A DNA stretch of 64,000 bases, taken from positions 1 through 64,000 of the forward strand of contig MEQL01000002.1 in NCBI GenBank assembly GCA_001770205.1, given 5' to 3'. The notes below the pieces were generated by a model that saw only the letters and a list, made by a program, of their open reading frames with translations, made no database searches and was not told the DNA's origin. This document shows, piece after piece, positions 29,130-39,534 of this stretch; position 1 is the stretch's first letter, and each line of letters opens with the position of its first letter. The DNA is from Bdellovibrionales bacterium RIFOXYD12_FULL_39_22 (GTDB lineage Bacteria > Bdellovibrionota > Bacteriovoracia > Bacteriovoracales > Bacteriovoracaceae). Made by a program: the position numbers and the translations under genes.

Positions 29130-30739
29130 GTACCAAAATTATATCGTTAATTGGCCGGCCCAATGTAGGCAAAAGTTCACTTTATAATGCGTTGGTGCGG
29201 TCGGCCCATAAATCTATTACTTTTGATTCCCCAGGGGTGACGCGTGATCGTCATTACGGAGTAGTTAAATTTGATGAACTATCGGATCGTCCGGCAATTC
29301 AAGCGGTACTAGTGGATACCGGAGGCTTTTATCCTAAAGAGGTGGATGTTGCAGAGGAAAAGGGGGGAGGCAAGCGTGAAATTGGTCGACTCTTTTTTAA
29401 TATTATGGCCCAACAGGCCAAGATTGCTATTGATGAGTCCGATTTGGTTTTATTTGTCGTCGATGCGCGGGAGGGAATTTTACCCTTTGATAGTGATATT
29501 GCTGAATATATTCGTGCAAGCAGAAAGAAGTTTTGGCTACTTGTTAATAAAATTGATAGTGAGGCACAGCAAAATGTGGAGGCCCAATTTTATGCGCTGG
29601 GAGTTGGCCAAGAAGATCTGTTTGTTGTCTCGGCCGCACATGGCCGCGGACTAAATGAGTTAAGGGGCCGAATACAAGAAGAATGTTTGGCAACAAGCGA
29701 TGAAGTAACAGATGGGGGAGAGTTTGGAGAGAGCTATGTCGCAAGATATGGCATTGTTCCCAATCAAGATGTAGTGGGGAGTGTATCAATTATTGGGGCA
29801 CCTAATGCGGGAAAATCTACGCTTTTGAATAAATTAGTGGGGCAGTCGCGGGCACTAGTGAGCGATATTCCGGGAACTACGGTGGATCCCATCGAGGGTT
29901 TTTTTGATCTCTATTTTGAAGAAGATAAAAAAATTGACGAGAGCGTAATGCCGGCAGTCGGAGAAGAGGAAGTAGCAATAGAAAAAGAATTTGCCGCAGA
30001 AATAGATGAGGAGGTGGCGGCCAGTGGTGCTGTTATTGAACGAGTAAAATCTCCTCCCCTGAGTGGTTGGAAGACCCTGCGCTTAGTGGATACCGCGGGA
30101 ATTAGAAGGCAAAAATCGGTAGAAGGTTTTGTGGAGGAGCAATCAATATTTCATGCACTTCGCTGTATAACAGAAGCAGATATTGTTATTTATATGATTG
30201 ATGCTGAAAAAGGTATTTGTCATCAAGATCGTCGTTTGATTGATATTGCGCTGGATAAGGGAAAATCGGTAATAGTTTGCTTGAATAAAGTGGATCTACT
30301 AAAAGGCCAATTTGATGGCAATCGCATAAAAAAAGAGTGGTTGGAGGAAATGCAAAGTCAGGTCTCTTGGTTAGATTATTGTGATATCATTCCTCTTTCT
30401 GCCAAATATAATAAACATATTAGAGCATTAATGACGGCCATAAAAAAAACCTTGATAGTTAGACGACAACGAATACCTACCGGTGCTCTCAATCGTTTTG
30501 CTAAAACTATGTTTGAACGACATCGCGTGGTAATGCCAGGTGCGCGTGGCCAGCATCTTAAATTACGCTATGTCTCAATGTTAAAAAGTGCTCCGCCAAC
30601 TTTTTTATTTTTTGTAAACAAGTCTAAAGGGGTACCAGATAGTTATCGTCGATATATTCAAAATGGTCTGCGCCAAGAATTTGGCCTATACAATACCCCA
30701 GTTCACTTAGTCTTTAGAACCGGTAAAGAGGAGTGGTAG
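29126..30739 (+). CDS. der: Ribosome biogenesis GTPase Der (EngA)
   Basis: Two G domains (GRPNVGKS/DTGG and GAPNAGKS/DTAGIRR), C-terminal KH-like PPTF; GTG 29126 overlaps the era stop. Confidence 0.92.
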   Translation: MSTKIISLIGRPNVGKSSLYNALVRSAHKSITFDSPGVTRDRHYGVVKFDELSDRPAIQAVLVDTGGFYPKEVDVAEEKGGGKREIGRLFFNIMAQQAKIAIDESDLVLFVVDAREGILPFDSDIAEYIRASRKKFWLLVNKIDSEAQQNVEAQFYALGVGQEDLFVVSAAHGRGLNELRGRIQEECLATSDEVTDGGEFGESYVARYGIVPNQDVVGSVSIIGAPNAGKSTLLNKLVGQSRALVSDIPGTTVDPIEGFFDLYFEEDKKIDESVMPAVGEEEVAIEKEFAAEIDEEVAASGAVIERVKSPPLSGWKTLRLVDTAGIRRQKSVEGFVEEQSIFHALRCITEADIVIYMIDAEKGICHQDRRLIDIALDKGKSVIVCLNKVDLLKGQFDGNRIKKEWLEEMQSQVSWLDYCDIIPLSAKYNKHIRALMTAIKKTLIVRRQRIPTGALNRFAKTMFERHRVVMPGARGQHLKLRYVSMLKSAPPTFLFFVNKSKGVPDSYRRYIQNGLRQEFGLYNTPVHLVFRTGKEEW

Positions 30740-31911
30740 CAATGGCAATACAAGGTAACAGTGATTTTTTTTCGGTAGGAGTGGATTTTGTGGTAGTTAA
30801 TGTCCCTATTCCCTACGATCTCTACATTAACTCTTCCACCCATGCGGTCAATGATCGCTTTGTGCGTATTTTTCCCCAGGGCGGTATTTTGGCATTAGAA
30901 GAAGTGATGGCCTTTAAGGCCAAATACTATCAACTCTACGTCTTAGAATCGCAGCGCGATAAATATTTAAAAAGTCTAATCTCGCTGGCGCATGTTCCAG
31001 ATGAAAAGAAAGCAGATGTTATCAAAGATTCGGCCATCGTTTATTTAAGTAAAGTTTTTGATGCAGATAAAGTTTTTAACACCGAACTTTTAGGAGAGGC
31101 CATTTCTGGATGTCGGGAGTCGGTGGAATCAATGGTGGGAGTTATCAAAGATTATAGCATCAAGCAAATTCAGGACTTAATCGGAAGTTTGAGTTTTCAT
31201 GATTTTTATACCTATGACCACTCTATAAATGTTTCGATGTATTGCATCTCTATTTTAAAAGCATTAAAACCCAAAGTTGATAAAGAAGAATTGGCCTCAA
31301 TTGGGTTGGCCGGTATTTTACATGATTTGGGAAAAATAAAAATTCCCACCCATATTTTAAATAATCCTGGAAAGTTAAGCGAAGAAGAGTTTGATTTAAT
31401 TAAAAAACATCCAGAATATGGAAAGATGTTATTACTCGAAAAAGAGTTGAAAAATGTCGATGTTGATATTGAAGTCATATCACGCTTGGTTTCCGAACAT
31501 CATGAAAATTATGATGGATCAGGGTATCCGATGAAATTGGCCAAAGAAGATATTCATCTATATGCGCGGATTGCGGCAATTGCCGATGTTTATGATGCGG
31601 TAACCACCAAACGCTCATATCAGGGGGTGTTAGATACTGATGAGGCCATTAACGTGCTTTCCCGTTTTTCTGGTAAACGTTTTGATCCGGAAATTTTTGA
31701 TATTTTTGTTAAAAGTTTGAACAAAGTTGTTCAGAAACGCTTTATCACGCGTGAGCTGCCGGAAGATTTTGACCCAAGTTCTCCGCATGAGAATTTACCG
31801 TTACAACCGGTTAAGGCGCGTGTTATCGCACCGGATATAATTAAAAATGAAGAAAAAGATTTTGGCAAAGTTTCTGTGCAGGTTAAATTTTCTGGCCTAA
31901 AGAAAAAATAA
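30733..31911 (+). CDS. HD-GYP domain c-di-GMP phosphodiesterase
   Basis: HDFYTYDHS, LHDLGK, HHENYDGSGYP, IADVYDA. Confidence 0.9.
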   Translation: MVAMAIQGNSDFFSVGVDFVVVNVPIPYDLYINSSTHAVNDRFVRIFPQGGILALEEVMAFKAKYYQLYVLESQRDKYLKSLISLAHVPDEKKADVIKDSAIVYLSKVFDADKVFNTELLGEAISGCRESVESMVGVIKDYSIKQIQDLIGSLSFHDFYTYDHSINVSMYCISILKALKPKVDKEELASIGLAGILHDLGKIKIPTHILNNPGKLSEEEFDLIKKHPEYGKMLLLEKELKNVDVDIEVISRLVSEHHENYDGSGYPMKLAKEDIHLYARIAAIADVYDAVTTKRSYQGVLDTDEAINVLSRFSGKRFDPEIFDIFVKSLNKVVQKRFITRELPEDFDPSSPHENLPLQPVKARVIAPDIIKNEEKDFGKVSVQVKFSGLKKK

Positions 31912-31937
31912 AAGCAAAACAACAAGAGAGGATTTAT

Positions 31938-32366
31938 ATGGAAGATGACAAACATCAGCAAGCAGAGTTTGTCTATGAAATGCAAATTCTAGAGCGCCAT
32001 CTCGATTCACTAGGACATGTCAACAACGCTACCTATCTTGAAATTTATGAAGAGGCCCGGTGGGACATTTTAACTAAAAGTGATAGAGGCGTTGATTATA
32101 TTCAAAAAAACAAAATTGGCCCGGTAGTTTTGGATTTGCAGATTACTTACAAAAAAGAGTTACGGAATCGTGAACAGATTCAAGTCAAATCACATTTTGT
32201 AGGCCACAAAAATAAATTAGTAATGAGCTTCCATCAGGAAATTTATAATCGAGAAAATCAACTGGTTTCGAATATTGATCTATCTATTGGGGTGATGGAT
32301 TTAGAAAAGCGCAAGTTGGTTACTCCCTCCGCAGATTGGATTGCCGCAATCGGTGGTGCTAGTTAG
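31938..32366 (+). CDS. Acyl-CoA thioesterase (4HBT/YbgC family)
   Basis: DSLGHVNNATY..E.AR motif. Confidence 0.88.
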   Translation: MEDDKHQQAEFVYEMQILERHLDSLGHVNNATYLEIYEEARWDILTKSDRGVDYIQKNKIGPVVLDLQITYKKELRNREQIQVKSHFVGHKNKLVMSFHQEIYNRENQLVSNIDLSIGVMDLEKRKLVTPSADWIAAIGGAS

Positions 32367-32402
32367 CGTTCTGATTGCCTTTTTTTTTCAATGTTTCAAT
32401 TT

Positions 32403-33698
32403 TTATTCACCAGGGAAAGAGAAGATTGGCGTGGCCGGATTGTCACAAGTAGAATCATCTAAATCTTCTGGTTGAGAAGTATATCCATTGTTCAGATCAC
32501 TAAAATCATCCCAATCAAAGATGTCATTCCAATAATCAATACCGCTACTTTCATTTCCCCAAGCATCCATCAGTGCCGTACCATCAACTCCCGTACTAGC
32601 ATATTGAGGAATGAACTTACTTATTTCTACTGTAGTATCATCTTCATCAAACATACGATTCCATTCCCTAATTTGTAGACGGATGCGGGCCTTAACGTCA
32701 TATGCCTTGTCCAAACATTCCCAAGAGTAGTAAACGTTACTTAGCTTTCTAGGGCCGGAAAGATATCTACCATATGATTGGGCCACGGCATTGGTGGTAC
32801 CTTCGTTAGTGAGAGCACTCTCTTCTCCCAGCGCATAGAGTTCCTCGCCTAAAGTGGTGGTATTTGTCTCAGAATCACATTGCTTAGTGTAGTTTGCTAG
32901 GTAGACATTGCTGGAAAATCCTTTGGACATGGGGGCATCGTAACTCCATTTTTCAACCATACCTTCGGCGGCAAAGTAGTAGTTGGAATGATTTTCTACA
33001 CCTGCTCCGGGGCCCGATTCGCAATTTTCCCAGCTACCGCCAGCATAAGAGGTATCCTGTGGTATACCGCTGAGTGCACCAGCATCAACGGCATCACATG
33101 CCGAACCGTCAGTGCCAGTATGTGAGTAGATGAAGGCCGTGGAGGTACCGGTGTCACAATTTAAAGCTCCCTCTGGCCCTTGTTGATCATATAAGAAATA
33201 TGGTTCACCATCATTTTGATTACTAAGTGTGCAATTGCTACCATCGGCGACGACATGTTTAGTGTAAGTTGTGTTGCTTATACCTGGCGTATCTAGATAG
33301 TAGTAGTAGGGACGATAGCGAACATATTCACAAACGTCGGCGGGAACATTTATCTCAAAGCTTACCCCGTGATAGAAAAGATCTAACTCTTCCACATCCA
33401 AGATGCAAAGCATATCTTGAGCGTTATCCCAAAGAATTTCCTCGTCCTTGTCGGCACTGCCAATTACCGTTTTAGCAATGGCGCATTCCGTGGAGGTGGT
33501 GGCCTGTTTGTGTAATACGTAGGAGTAGGTGTGTGCAGTTTTATCTGTAAGTGAAAAATAGTCGCCACTGGCCAATTTGCTACTAGGTTGTTTGATAGTG
33601 GAGTCATCTTCTGTTTTTTCTAAGATGTTTCCGCAACGAGATAGCAGCAGGCCAGAGAGGATGATCAATAGCAAAATAGTGATGGATTTTTTTTTCAT
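32403..33698 (-). CDS. Acidic Cys-rich lipoprotein, hypothetical
   Basis: ATG 33698 with GAGG RBS, MKKK + hydrophobic stretch + LSRC lipobox-like motif. Confidence 0.7.
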   Translation of the reverse strand: MKKKSITILLLIILSGLLLSRCGNILEKTEDDSTIKQPSSKLASGDYFSLTDKTAHTYSYVLHKQATTSTECAIAKTVIGSADKDEEILWDNAQDMLCILDVEELDLFYHGVSFEINVPADVCEYVRYRPYYYYLDTPGISNTTYTKHVVADGSNCTLSNQNDGEPYFLYDQQGPEGALNCDTGTSTAFIYSHTGTDGSACDAVDAGALSGIPQDTSYAGGSWENCESGPGAGVENHSNYYFAAEGMVEKWSYDAPMSKGFSSNVYLANYTKQCDSETNTTTLGEELYALGEESALTNEGTTNAVAQSYGRYLSGPRKLSNVYYSWECLDKAYDVKARIRLQIREWNRMFDEDDTTVEISKFIPQYASTGVDGTALMDAWGNESSGIDYWNDIFDWDDFSDLNNGYTSQPEDLDDSTCDNPATPIFSFPGE

Positions 33699-33769
33699 GA
33701 TTAGTACCTCGTATAATGCCCCGACAACACCAATAGTATTAGCAGTGGGTGTAGTCTTAACAGAGGACT

Positions 33770-33795
33770 TGTCGGAATTAGTTGACTTATATTGA
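33770..33795 (-). promoter_or_regulatory. sigma28/FliA-like promoter
   Basis: Minus strand TCAAT-N15-CCGACA, about 70 bp upstream of the ATG at 33698. Confidence 0.45.
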
Positions 33796-34473
33796 GAGAA
33801 ATCTGTTGAAAATCTCAATAGCATTTTGCTCAACTATGTTGCTTTTGGGAAAAGGATATTGTTGCAATAGTTGTTCAAATAGCTCAAGATCAAAGGACTC
33901 ATAACAGCGATCAGCAAGTGGCGCATAACTGATATGCCATTTTTCCGGATGAGTTCCTCCCAAATCAAAATTGTAAGGGCGAAAAAAATCACAGGCCTTA
34001 CCATTATCAATCAAATCATCTAGCCAGTTGTGAAAATCAGCAAAAATTCCCCCGGCCGAAACTTCTGCGGCAGAGAGTTGTAATTGATAATTTTCTGGCA
34101 TGGCCTTTCGGTTAAAAACATCGAGGTCAGAACCCCAATGGTGACGACTAGTTCCGGGAATCGCCGACCAACGTAAAATAGCAAAAATTAATTCTTCATC
34201 ATTTAGTTTTTTAGGATCAAGAATATTTCCTAAATCATCCCAGATAGGCCGTTTGCCAGTGATCTTATCATTCCAGATAAAAAGTTGGCGCTCGTAGCTA
34301 CGAAAACCACTAGCAATCTCCAGCGCAAAACCGGCCGCCTGGGCCTTCTCTTGCAGTGAACGATAAGCAGTAAGGAGATCGCGGTGGATAAAAATATTAG
34401 AAGAAATTTCCATTAGAAAATCATTACGCATACCGAAGAGGAATTCGGGAGATATTTTATTTTGTTCACTCAT
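33787..34473 (-). CDS. M15 family (VanY-like) D,D-carboxypeptidase
   Basis: SGFRSYERQ, SAIPGTSRHHWGSDLD, EKWH. Confidence 0.88.
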   Translation of the reverse strand: MSEQNKISPEFLFGMRNDFLMEISSNIFIHRDLLTAYRSLQEKAQAAGFALEIASGFRSYERQLFIWNDKITGKRPIWDDLGNILDPKKLNDEELIFAILRWSAIPGTSRHHWGSDLDVFNRKAMPENYQLQLSAAEVSAGGIFADFHNWLDDLIDNGKACDFFRPYNFDLGGTHPEKWHISYAPLADRCYESFDLELFEQLLQQYPFPKSNIVEQNAIEIFNRFLSI

Positions 34474-36337
34474 TAAATAGTCGCCTAAGTCCGCTTTGGG
34501 TGTAGCGATTGGAAATTATGTTCCAAATGGATTCTGAAGATTTTCTATTAATGTCGTTATCTTTAAAATCGTATTGCTTATTCATAAAGTTTTGTACAGA
34601 AGGGGTTGTCGTCGAATTGCTCTGCTCGTCACCTTTAAAGTTAAGATTATAATCGTCACTGCCTTTTGTTTTTCCACTGTCTTCATCTTTTTGGAAATCA
34701 ACTTGTGGTTTATCTAGGCCGGCCTTGTTAATGGCCTCTTTAATTTGCTCTGCCCCTGTTGCGGGAGCGGCACTTCCAGGATTATTTAGGGTATCAAGTC
34801 CTTCTCCCAAAAGGCCGCGGCCGGTATTAAGCGCTTTATTACTGGCCACCGAGCGGACTAAATCATCGGCCATTTTGGCATCAATCCGCAGCGGTTTTTT
34901 GTTTTTAGCGTTGAGTTGATCTAACATCTGTCGGGCAATTTTTTGATTTTTTACTGCTAAGTTAGCATTATTGGTATTGGCCAGTCCTTGGGCACCACTA
35001 TAATCTCCTTGGGCCAGCGCATTGATACCTTGGCCAATGGCCGGCAGAGATAGTTGAGAACCAAGATTGCCTAAATTGCTGCCAAAATATTTTGACTTAT
35101 AGCAGGCATTTTCTCCACTAGCGTTTGCAAATTTTTTGCAATCACAATTTTGATCAAAATCTCCATTTTGGGTGACGCAGCCAAGCGAGGCCACGGACGC
35201 TATTTTGGAGTAATCTCCTGCTTCTTTAAAAATATTTGTTTCGTTGGCCGCCCAGAGTGTTTGGCAAGTTTGACTATTGCTGCGATTTTCATTGCGCGAA
35301 CCATCGGTGTTGTAGCAGTAACACTTTGGTTGAGTTAGACTGTCTCTTCCCTGCGGACAAAATTCACTAATGGAGTCCGTAAAGTTATCAATGATTTTTT
35401 GAATATCATCTGCATTTTTTTTGGCCTCTTCACTTTGTTTAGAGTAGTCCAGGCCTAGTTTCATGCTGATGGCCGCGGCCATGCCGGAAGCGGTGGCAAT
35501 TCCTGGAGAGGTTTTAAAGTAGTTAGACATGGTTGATAGTTTATCGGTTGCGGTGCCTCCTAGAAAGGTTTCCCAAAAACCACCTTTGGCATAGTCTTGT
35601 TTACCATTATCTGCTGTCAGCGTGTCGCCCAGCTTACACGCCCCCGCCAAGCCGTAAGGGGTCATCTCATAGATGGCCACGGCGGTGGCCGCGCCGTAGC
35701 CCGCGGTTAGTCCGTAGTAGATAGTGCTTTTTTGTTTGGCAACGCTGGCGATAGCATCTTGTTCGGCCTTCAGATATTTGAAAGCATTTACTTGCATGGT
35801 GTAGGTATCGTCAGATTTTTCATATTTATCTCCAAAATCTTTTAGCTTCTTTTTTAGAAAAAAGTAGAAGTAGGCCTCTGCCGCCAAGCTGGCCACTGCC
35901 GAGCCGTTGAAAATAGTTTTGGAGGTACAAGAAGTTTTGGACTTGGTTCCAAAATAGTTTAAAGCGGCCAGAGTTATTGTCAGGGCGTAAGAGGTATATC
36001 CTAGCATTTTACTTGGTTCAGAGACAGATTGCTCTCCTACTTTTTCCTGCGCCAGTTTATCAAAACATGCTTTCTGTTCCGCATAGGCCAGGCCAGCACA
36101 ACGTTCATAATCTTCGCGCGTCTTTTCATCTTGAGGATTTTCTAGACAACGATTAGATTCGCAAGACCAAGATTTATTACTTGCGGCCAAACAGTTTTTT
36201 TTCTGCTCGGCCAAATCGGGATCATTGGGATATTCGCAAGCAAACAGCGGCCGGCCGGAGGTATAGGCCAAAGCGCTACATAGTAAAAGCACCAATAGCG
36301 GATATTTTTTTTTCTCTATTTGTTTCCCGTTATTCAT
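34466..36337 (-). CDS. Secreted Cys-rich hypothetical protein with internal hydrophobic helices
   Basis: Signal peptide, Cys clusters (CPQGR..CYC, CDCKK), Gly/Ala-rich hydrophobic segments, C-terminal SIWNIISNRY. Confidence 0.7.
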   Translation of the reverse strand: MNNGKQIEKKKYPLLVLLLCSALAYTSGRPLFACEYPNDPDLAEQKKNCLAASNKSWSCESNRCLENPQDEKTREDYERCAGLAYAEQKACFDKLAQEKVGEQSVSEPSKMLGYTSYALTITLAALNYFGTKSKTSCTSKTIFNGSAVASLAAEAYFYFFLKKKLKDFGDKYEKSDDTYTMQVNAFKYLKAEQDAIASVAKQKSTIYYGLTAGYGAATAVAIYEMTPYGLAGACKLGDTLTADNGKQDYAKGGFWETFLGGTATDKLSTMSNYFKTSPGIATASGMAAAISMKLGLDYSKQSEEAKKNADDIQKIIDNFTDSISEFCPQGRDSLTQPKCYCYNTDGSRNENRSNSQTCQTLWAANETNIFKEAGDYSKIASVASLGCVTQNGDFDQNCDCKKFANASGENACYKSKYFGSNLGNLGSQLSLPAIGQGINALAQGDYSGAQGLANTNNANLAVKNQKIARQMLDQLNAKNKKPLRIDAKMADDLVRSVASNKALNTGRGLLGEGLDTLNNPGSAAPATGAEQIKEAINKAGLDKPQVDFQKDEDSGKTKGSDDYNLNFKGDEQSNSTTTPSVQNFMNKQYDFKDNDINRKSSESIWNIISNRYTQSGLRRLFNE

Positions 36338-36594
36338 AATTGCCTTCTTTAAAAAGTACCACTGTGGGTATCTAAAATTAGTATAAGCGCAAGGCCAGAT
36401 TATTCCCAAGAAAATAATTGAATAATGGTTTTGTTGGGACTATATTTTATCCTTCAAGAATTGATTATTATGGATTTTAAGCTGTAAAACACCTTAAATA
36501 ATACTAGTTTAATTCTTCTTTTATCAAGATGTAAAGCGACATGAAATATTGGCGAAATTAAATATCAACTTATTTTGAAAAAGGATTATGCCAC

Positions 36595-38433
36595 ATGAAA
36601 GAGTTAGAGAACGTTGTAATAAGGTTTTCTGGTGATTCCGGAGACGGGATGCAGTTAACAGGAACTCAATTTTCGACCACATCGGCCCTGATGGGAAACG
36701 ATATGTCGACATTTCCGGACTATCCCTCAGAGATTCGTGCTCCTCAAGGTACCGTTGCAGGAGTTTCTGGGTTTCAAGTCTGCTTTGGAGCAACCGAAGT
36801 AAACACTCCCGGTGATGAACCAGATGTTTTAGTGGCCATGAATCCCGCGGCCCTCAAGGCCAATCTGGCAGACGTAAAAAGAGGTGGAACAATTATAGTA
36901 AATAATGATGCCTTTTCTCCGGCAAATTTAAAAAAGGCCGGCTATGAATCCAATCCACTAGATACTAATGAGCTAGACAATTACAAAGTTATTCGTATCG
37001 ATATTAGCAATCTGACAACAGAAGCGTTAAAAAATCTAGATCTAGATCTGAAGGCCAAAGGGCGTTGTAAAAACTTTTGCGCTTTGGGATTTACCTACTA
37101 TCTTTTTGATCGCGATATGGACTCTACGATCAAGTGGATTGAGAGTAAATTTGGCAAGACTCCAGTATTAAAAGAAGCAAATATCTTGGCCTTAAAGGCC
37201 GGATACAACTACGGTGGAAATACACTAATCACTACCAATCGCTATCAAGTTCCTAAGGCCAAAATTGAAAAAGGAAAATATCGTCAAATGCAAGGTAATG
37301 CCGCTACCGCCTGGGGATTAATGCAAGCAGCAGAGGCCGCCGGACTTAAACTTTTTTTAGGTTCATATCCTATCACTCCTGCTACTGAAATTTTGCAGGA
37401 GCTTGCGAAGTTTAAAGAGTTTGGCGTTAAAACTTTTCAAGCAGAAGATGAGATTGCCGGAATTTGTTCGGCAATTGGAGCTTCTTTTGGTGGGGCCTTG
37501 GCCGCCACTACAACCTCCGGCCCAGGCCTTGCGCTAAAAACAGAGGCCATCGGTTTAGGCGTCATTTATGAAATTCCACTAGTAATTGTTAACGTACAGC
37601 GGGGAGGCCCGTCAACTGGTCTGCCGACAAAAACTGAACAAGCTGATCTATTACAATCTTTTTATGGACGAAATGGAGAGTGTCCGACTGTCGTAGTGGC
37701 CGCCTCCCGTCCTTCGGATTGTTTTGAGATGGCCTATGAAGCTGCCAGATTGGCGCTAGAACATATGACTCCGGTTATTTTGTTAACAGATGGATATATT
37801 GCGCAAGGAGCAGAACCTTGGAAAATTCCGGATATTGAAAAAGAATTTCGGCCAATTAAAACACGGATGGTAGATCGTAAGCTGGCACCCGGAGAGCAAT
37901 TTTTATCCTATCAGCGAGATCCTAAAACGCTAGTTCGTCCTTGGGCCATTCCCGGTATGGCCGGATATGAACATCGCATCGGCGGGCTAGAGAAGTCAGA
38001 AAATTTTGGAAACGTTAGCCATGATGCTAAAAACCATCAGCGTATGGTGGAGTTACGAGCAGAAAAAATTGCGCGAGTGGTAGATAATATTCCTGATCAA
38101 GAAGTTTTTGGAGATAAATCGGGAGATCTTTTGGTGGTCTCCTGGGGGGGAACATATGGCGCAACCTATTCTGCCGTACGTGAATTGCGCAAGGAAGGAA
38201 AGCGCGTTTCCTTGATGCACATGAAATATCTCAATCCAATGCCTAAAAATGTAGGCAAGATTTTAAAAAGCTATAAAAAGATCTTGGTTCCAGAGTTGAA
38301 TATGGGACAACTTCAGCATCTTTTGCGCGAGAAGTTTTTAATTGAGACGATTGGATATCATAAGGTTCAGGGACAACCACTAAAGATTACGGAAGTGGTG
38401 GGCCTCATTAATAGAGAACTTGAGAGTTTATAA
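36595..38433 (+). CDS. korA: 2-oxoacid:ferredoxin oxidoreductase alpha subunit (gamma-alpha fusion)
   Basis: GDSGDGMQLTG, YPITPA, QAEDEI, TSGPG, QRGGPSTGLPT. Confidence 0.92.
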   Translation: MKELENVVIRFSGDSGDGMQLTGTQFSTTSALMGNDMSTFPDYPSEIRAPQGTVAGVSGFQVCFGATEVNTPGDEPDVLVAMNPAALKANLADVKRGGTIIVNNDAFSPANLKKAGYESNPLDTNELDNYKVIRIDISNLTTEALKNLDLDLKAKGRCKNFCALGFTYYLFDRDMDSTIKWIESKFGKTPVLKEANILALKAGYNYGGNTLITTNRYQVPKAKIEKGKYRQMQGNAATAWGLMQAAEAAGLKLFLGSYPITPATEILQELAKFKEFGVKTFQAEDEIAGICSAIGASFGGALAATTTSGPGLALKTEAIGLGVIYEIPLVIVNVQRGGPSTGLPTKTEQADLLQSFYGRNGECPTVVVAASRPSDCFEMAYEAARLALEHMTPVILLTDGYIAQGAEPWKIPDIEKEFRPIKTRMVDRKLAPGEQFLSYQRDPKTLVRPWAIPGMAGYEHRIGGLEKSENFGNVSHDAKNHQRMVELRAEKIARVVDNIPDQEVFGDKSGDLLVVSWGGTYGATYSAVRELRKEGKRVSLMHMKYLNPMPKNVGKILKSYKKILVPELNMGQLQHLLREKFLIETIGYHKVQGQPLKITEVVGLINRELESL

Positions 38434-38468
38434 TTTATCGATAACCAGTAAAGGATAAGGATATTTTT

Positions 38469-39479
38469 ATGAGTGAAACAACAACATATACAAAAAAAGA
38501 TTTCGTAAGTGACCAGGAAGTTCGTTGGTGTCCGGGATGTGGAGACTACTCCATTTTATCAGCAGTGCAGACCGCCATGACTCAGATCGGAAAAAAGCGT
38601 GAGGATATCTGCTTTGTTTCGGGAATTGGTTGCTCTTCGCGTTTTCCTTACTACATGAACACCTTTGGCATGCATACTATTCATGGCCGTGCGGCCGCTA
38701 TCGCTTCCGGGCTTAAAATTCAAAATCCTAACTTGAGTGTTTGGGTTGCCACCGGAGATGGCGATGCGATGGCCATTGGCGGAAATCATCTAATTCACGC
38801 ACTTCGCCGTAATGTTGATATCAACATTATCATGTTCAATAATGAGATTTATGGATTGACCAAAGGACAATATTCCCCCACAACCAAAAGAGGGGTTATT
38901 ACTAAAACAACTCCTTACGGAGTTGTTGATCACCCCTTTGTTCCAGCATCACTGGCCTTAGGATGTGATGCAACTTTTTTTGCGCGCGCCATTGATACTG
39001 ATGTTAAACATTTAACTTCACTCGTCGTTGAAGCGGCCAACCATAAAGGGACAACTTTTATCGAGATTTTTCAAAACTGTGTTATCTTCTCTGACGGTAT
39101 TCATGAGGCCTATGCGGGTAAGGCCACGCGAGATGACAACACCATAAAAGTTGAACATGGAAAACCGATGATTTTTGGTAAAGAACGCAACAAAGGAATT
39201 ATTTTACGTGGAACAAGGCCAGAGGTCGTTACTATTGGGGAAAATGGAATAACCGAAAAAGATCTGCTAGTTCATGATAAGACCGACGACAATATGGCCT
39301 ATATGCTAAGTCGTATGAAGTTCCCAGAGCTTCCAGTGGCCTTAGGAATTTTTCGACAAGTTTCTGCCCCCTCGTATGAGATGGATGTTGAGGCGCAGAT
39401 TGCGCAAGTAACCAGCAAAAAAGGTGCGGGCAATATGAAATCACTATTGCACTCTGGACAAACTTGGAACGTCGGGTAG
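38469..39479 (+). CDS. korB: 2-oxoacid:ferredoxin oxidoreductase beta subunit
   Basis: WCPGCG, SGIGCS, HGRA, GDGD..NN (TPP-binding motif). Confidence 0.92.
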   Translation: MSETTTYTKKDFVSDQEVRWCPGCGDYSILSAVQTAMTQIGKKREDICFVSGIGCSSRFPYYMNTFGMHTIHGRAAAIASGLKIQNPNLSVWVATGDGDAMAIGGNHLIHALRRNVDINIIMFNNEIYGLTKGQYSPTTKRGVITKTTPYGVVDHPFVPASLALGCDATFFARAIDTDVKHLTSLVVEAANHKGTTFIEIFQNCVIFSDGIHEAYAGKATRDDNTIKVEHGKPMIFGKERNKGIILRGTRPEVVTIGENGITEKDLLVHDKTDDNMAYMLSRMKFPELPVALGIFRQVSAPSYEMDVEAQIAQVTSKKGAGNMKSLLHSGQTWNVG

Positions 39480-39502
39480 ATTGCGCTTGAAAATAGTTAT
39501 GT

Positions 39503-39534
39503 GCCTGCGATGGCCTTACTTTAGCGTCGCAGGC
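39503..39534. terminator. Hairpin between convergent genes, possible terminator
   Basis: GCCTGCGA...TCGCAGGC 8-bp stem; weak U-tract. Confidence 0.3.
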
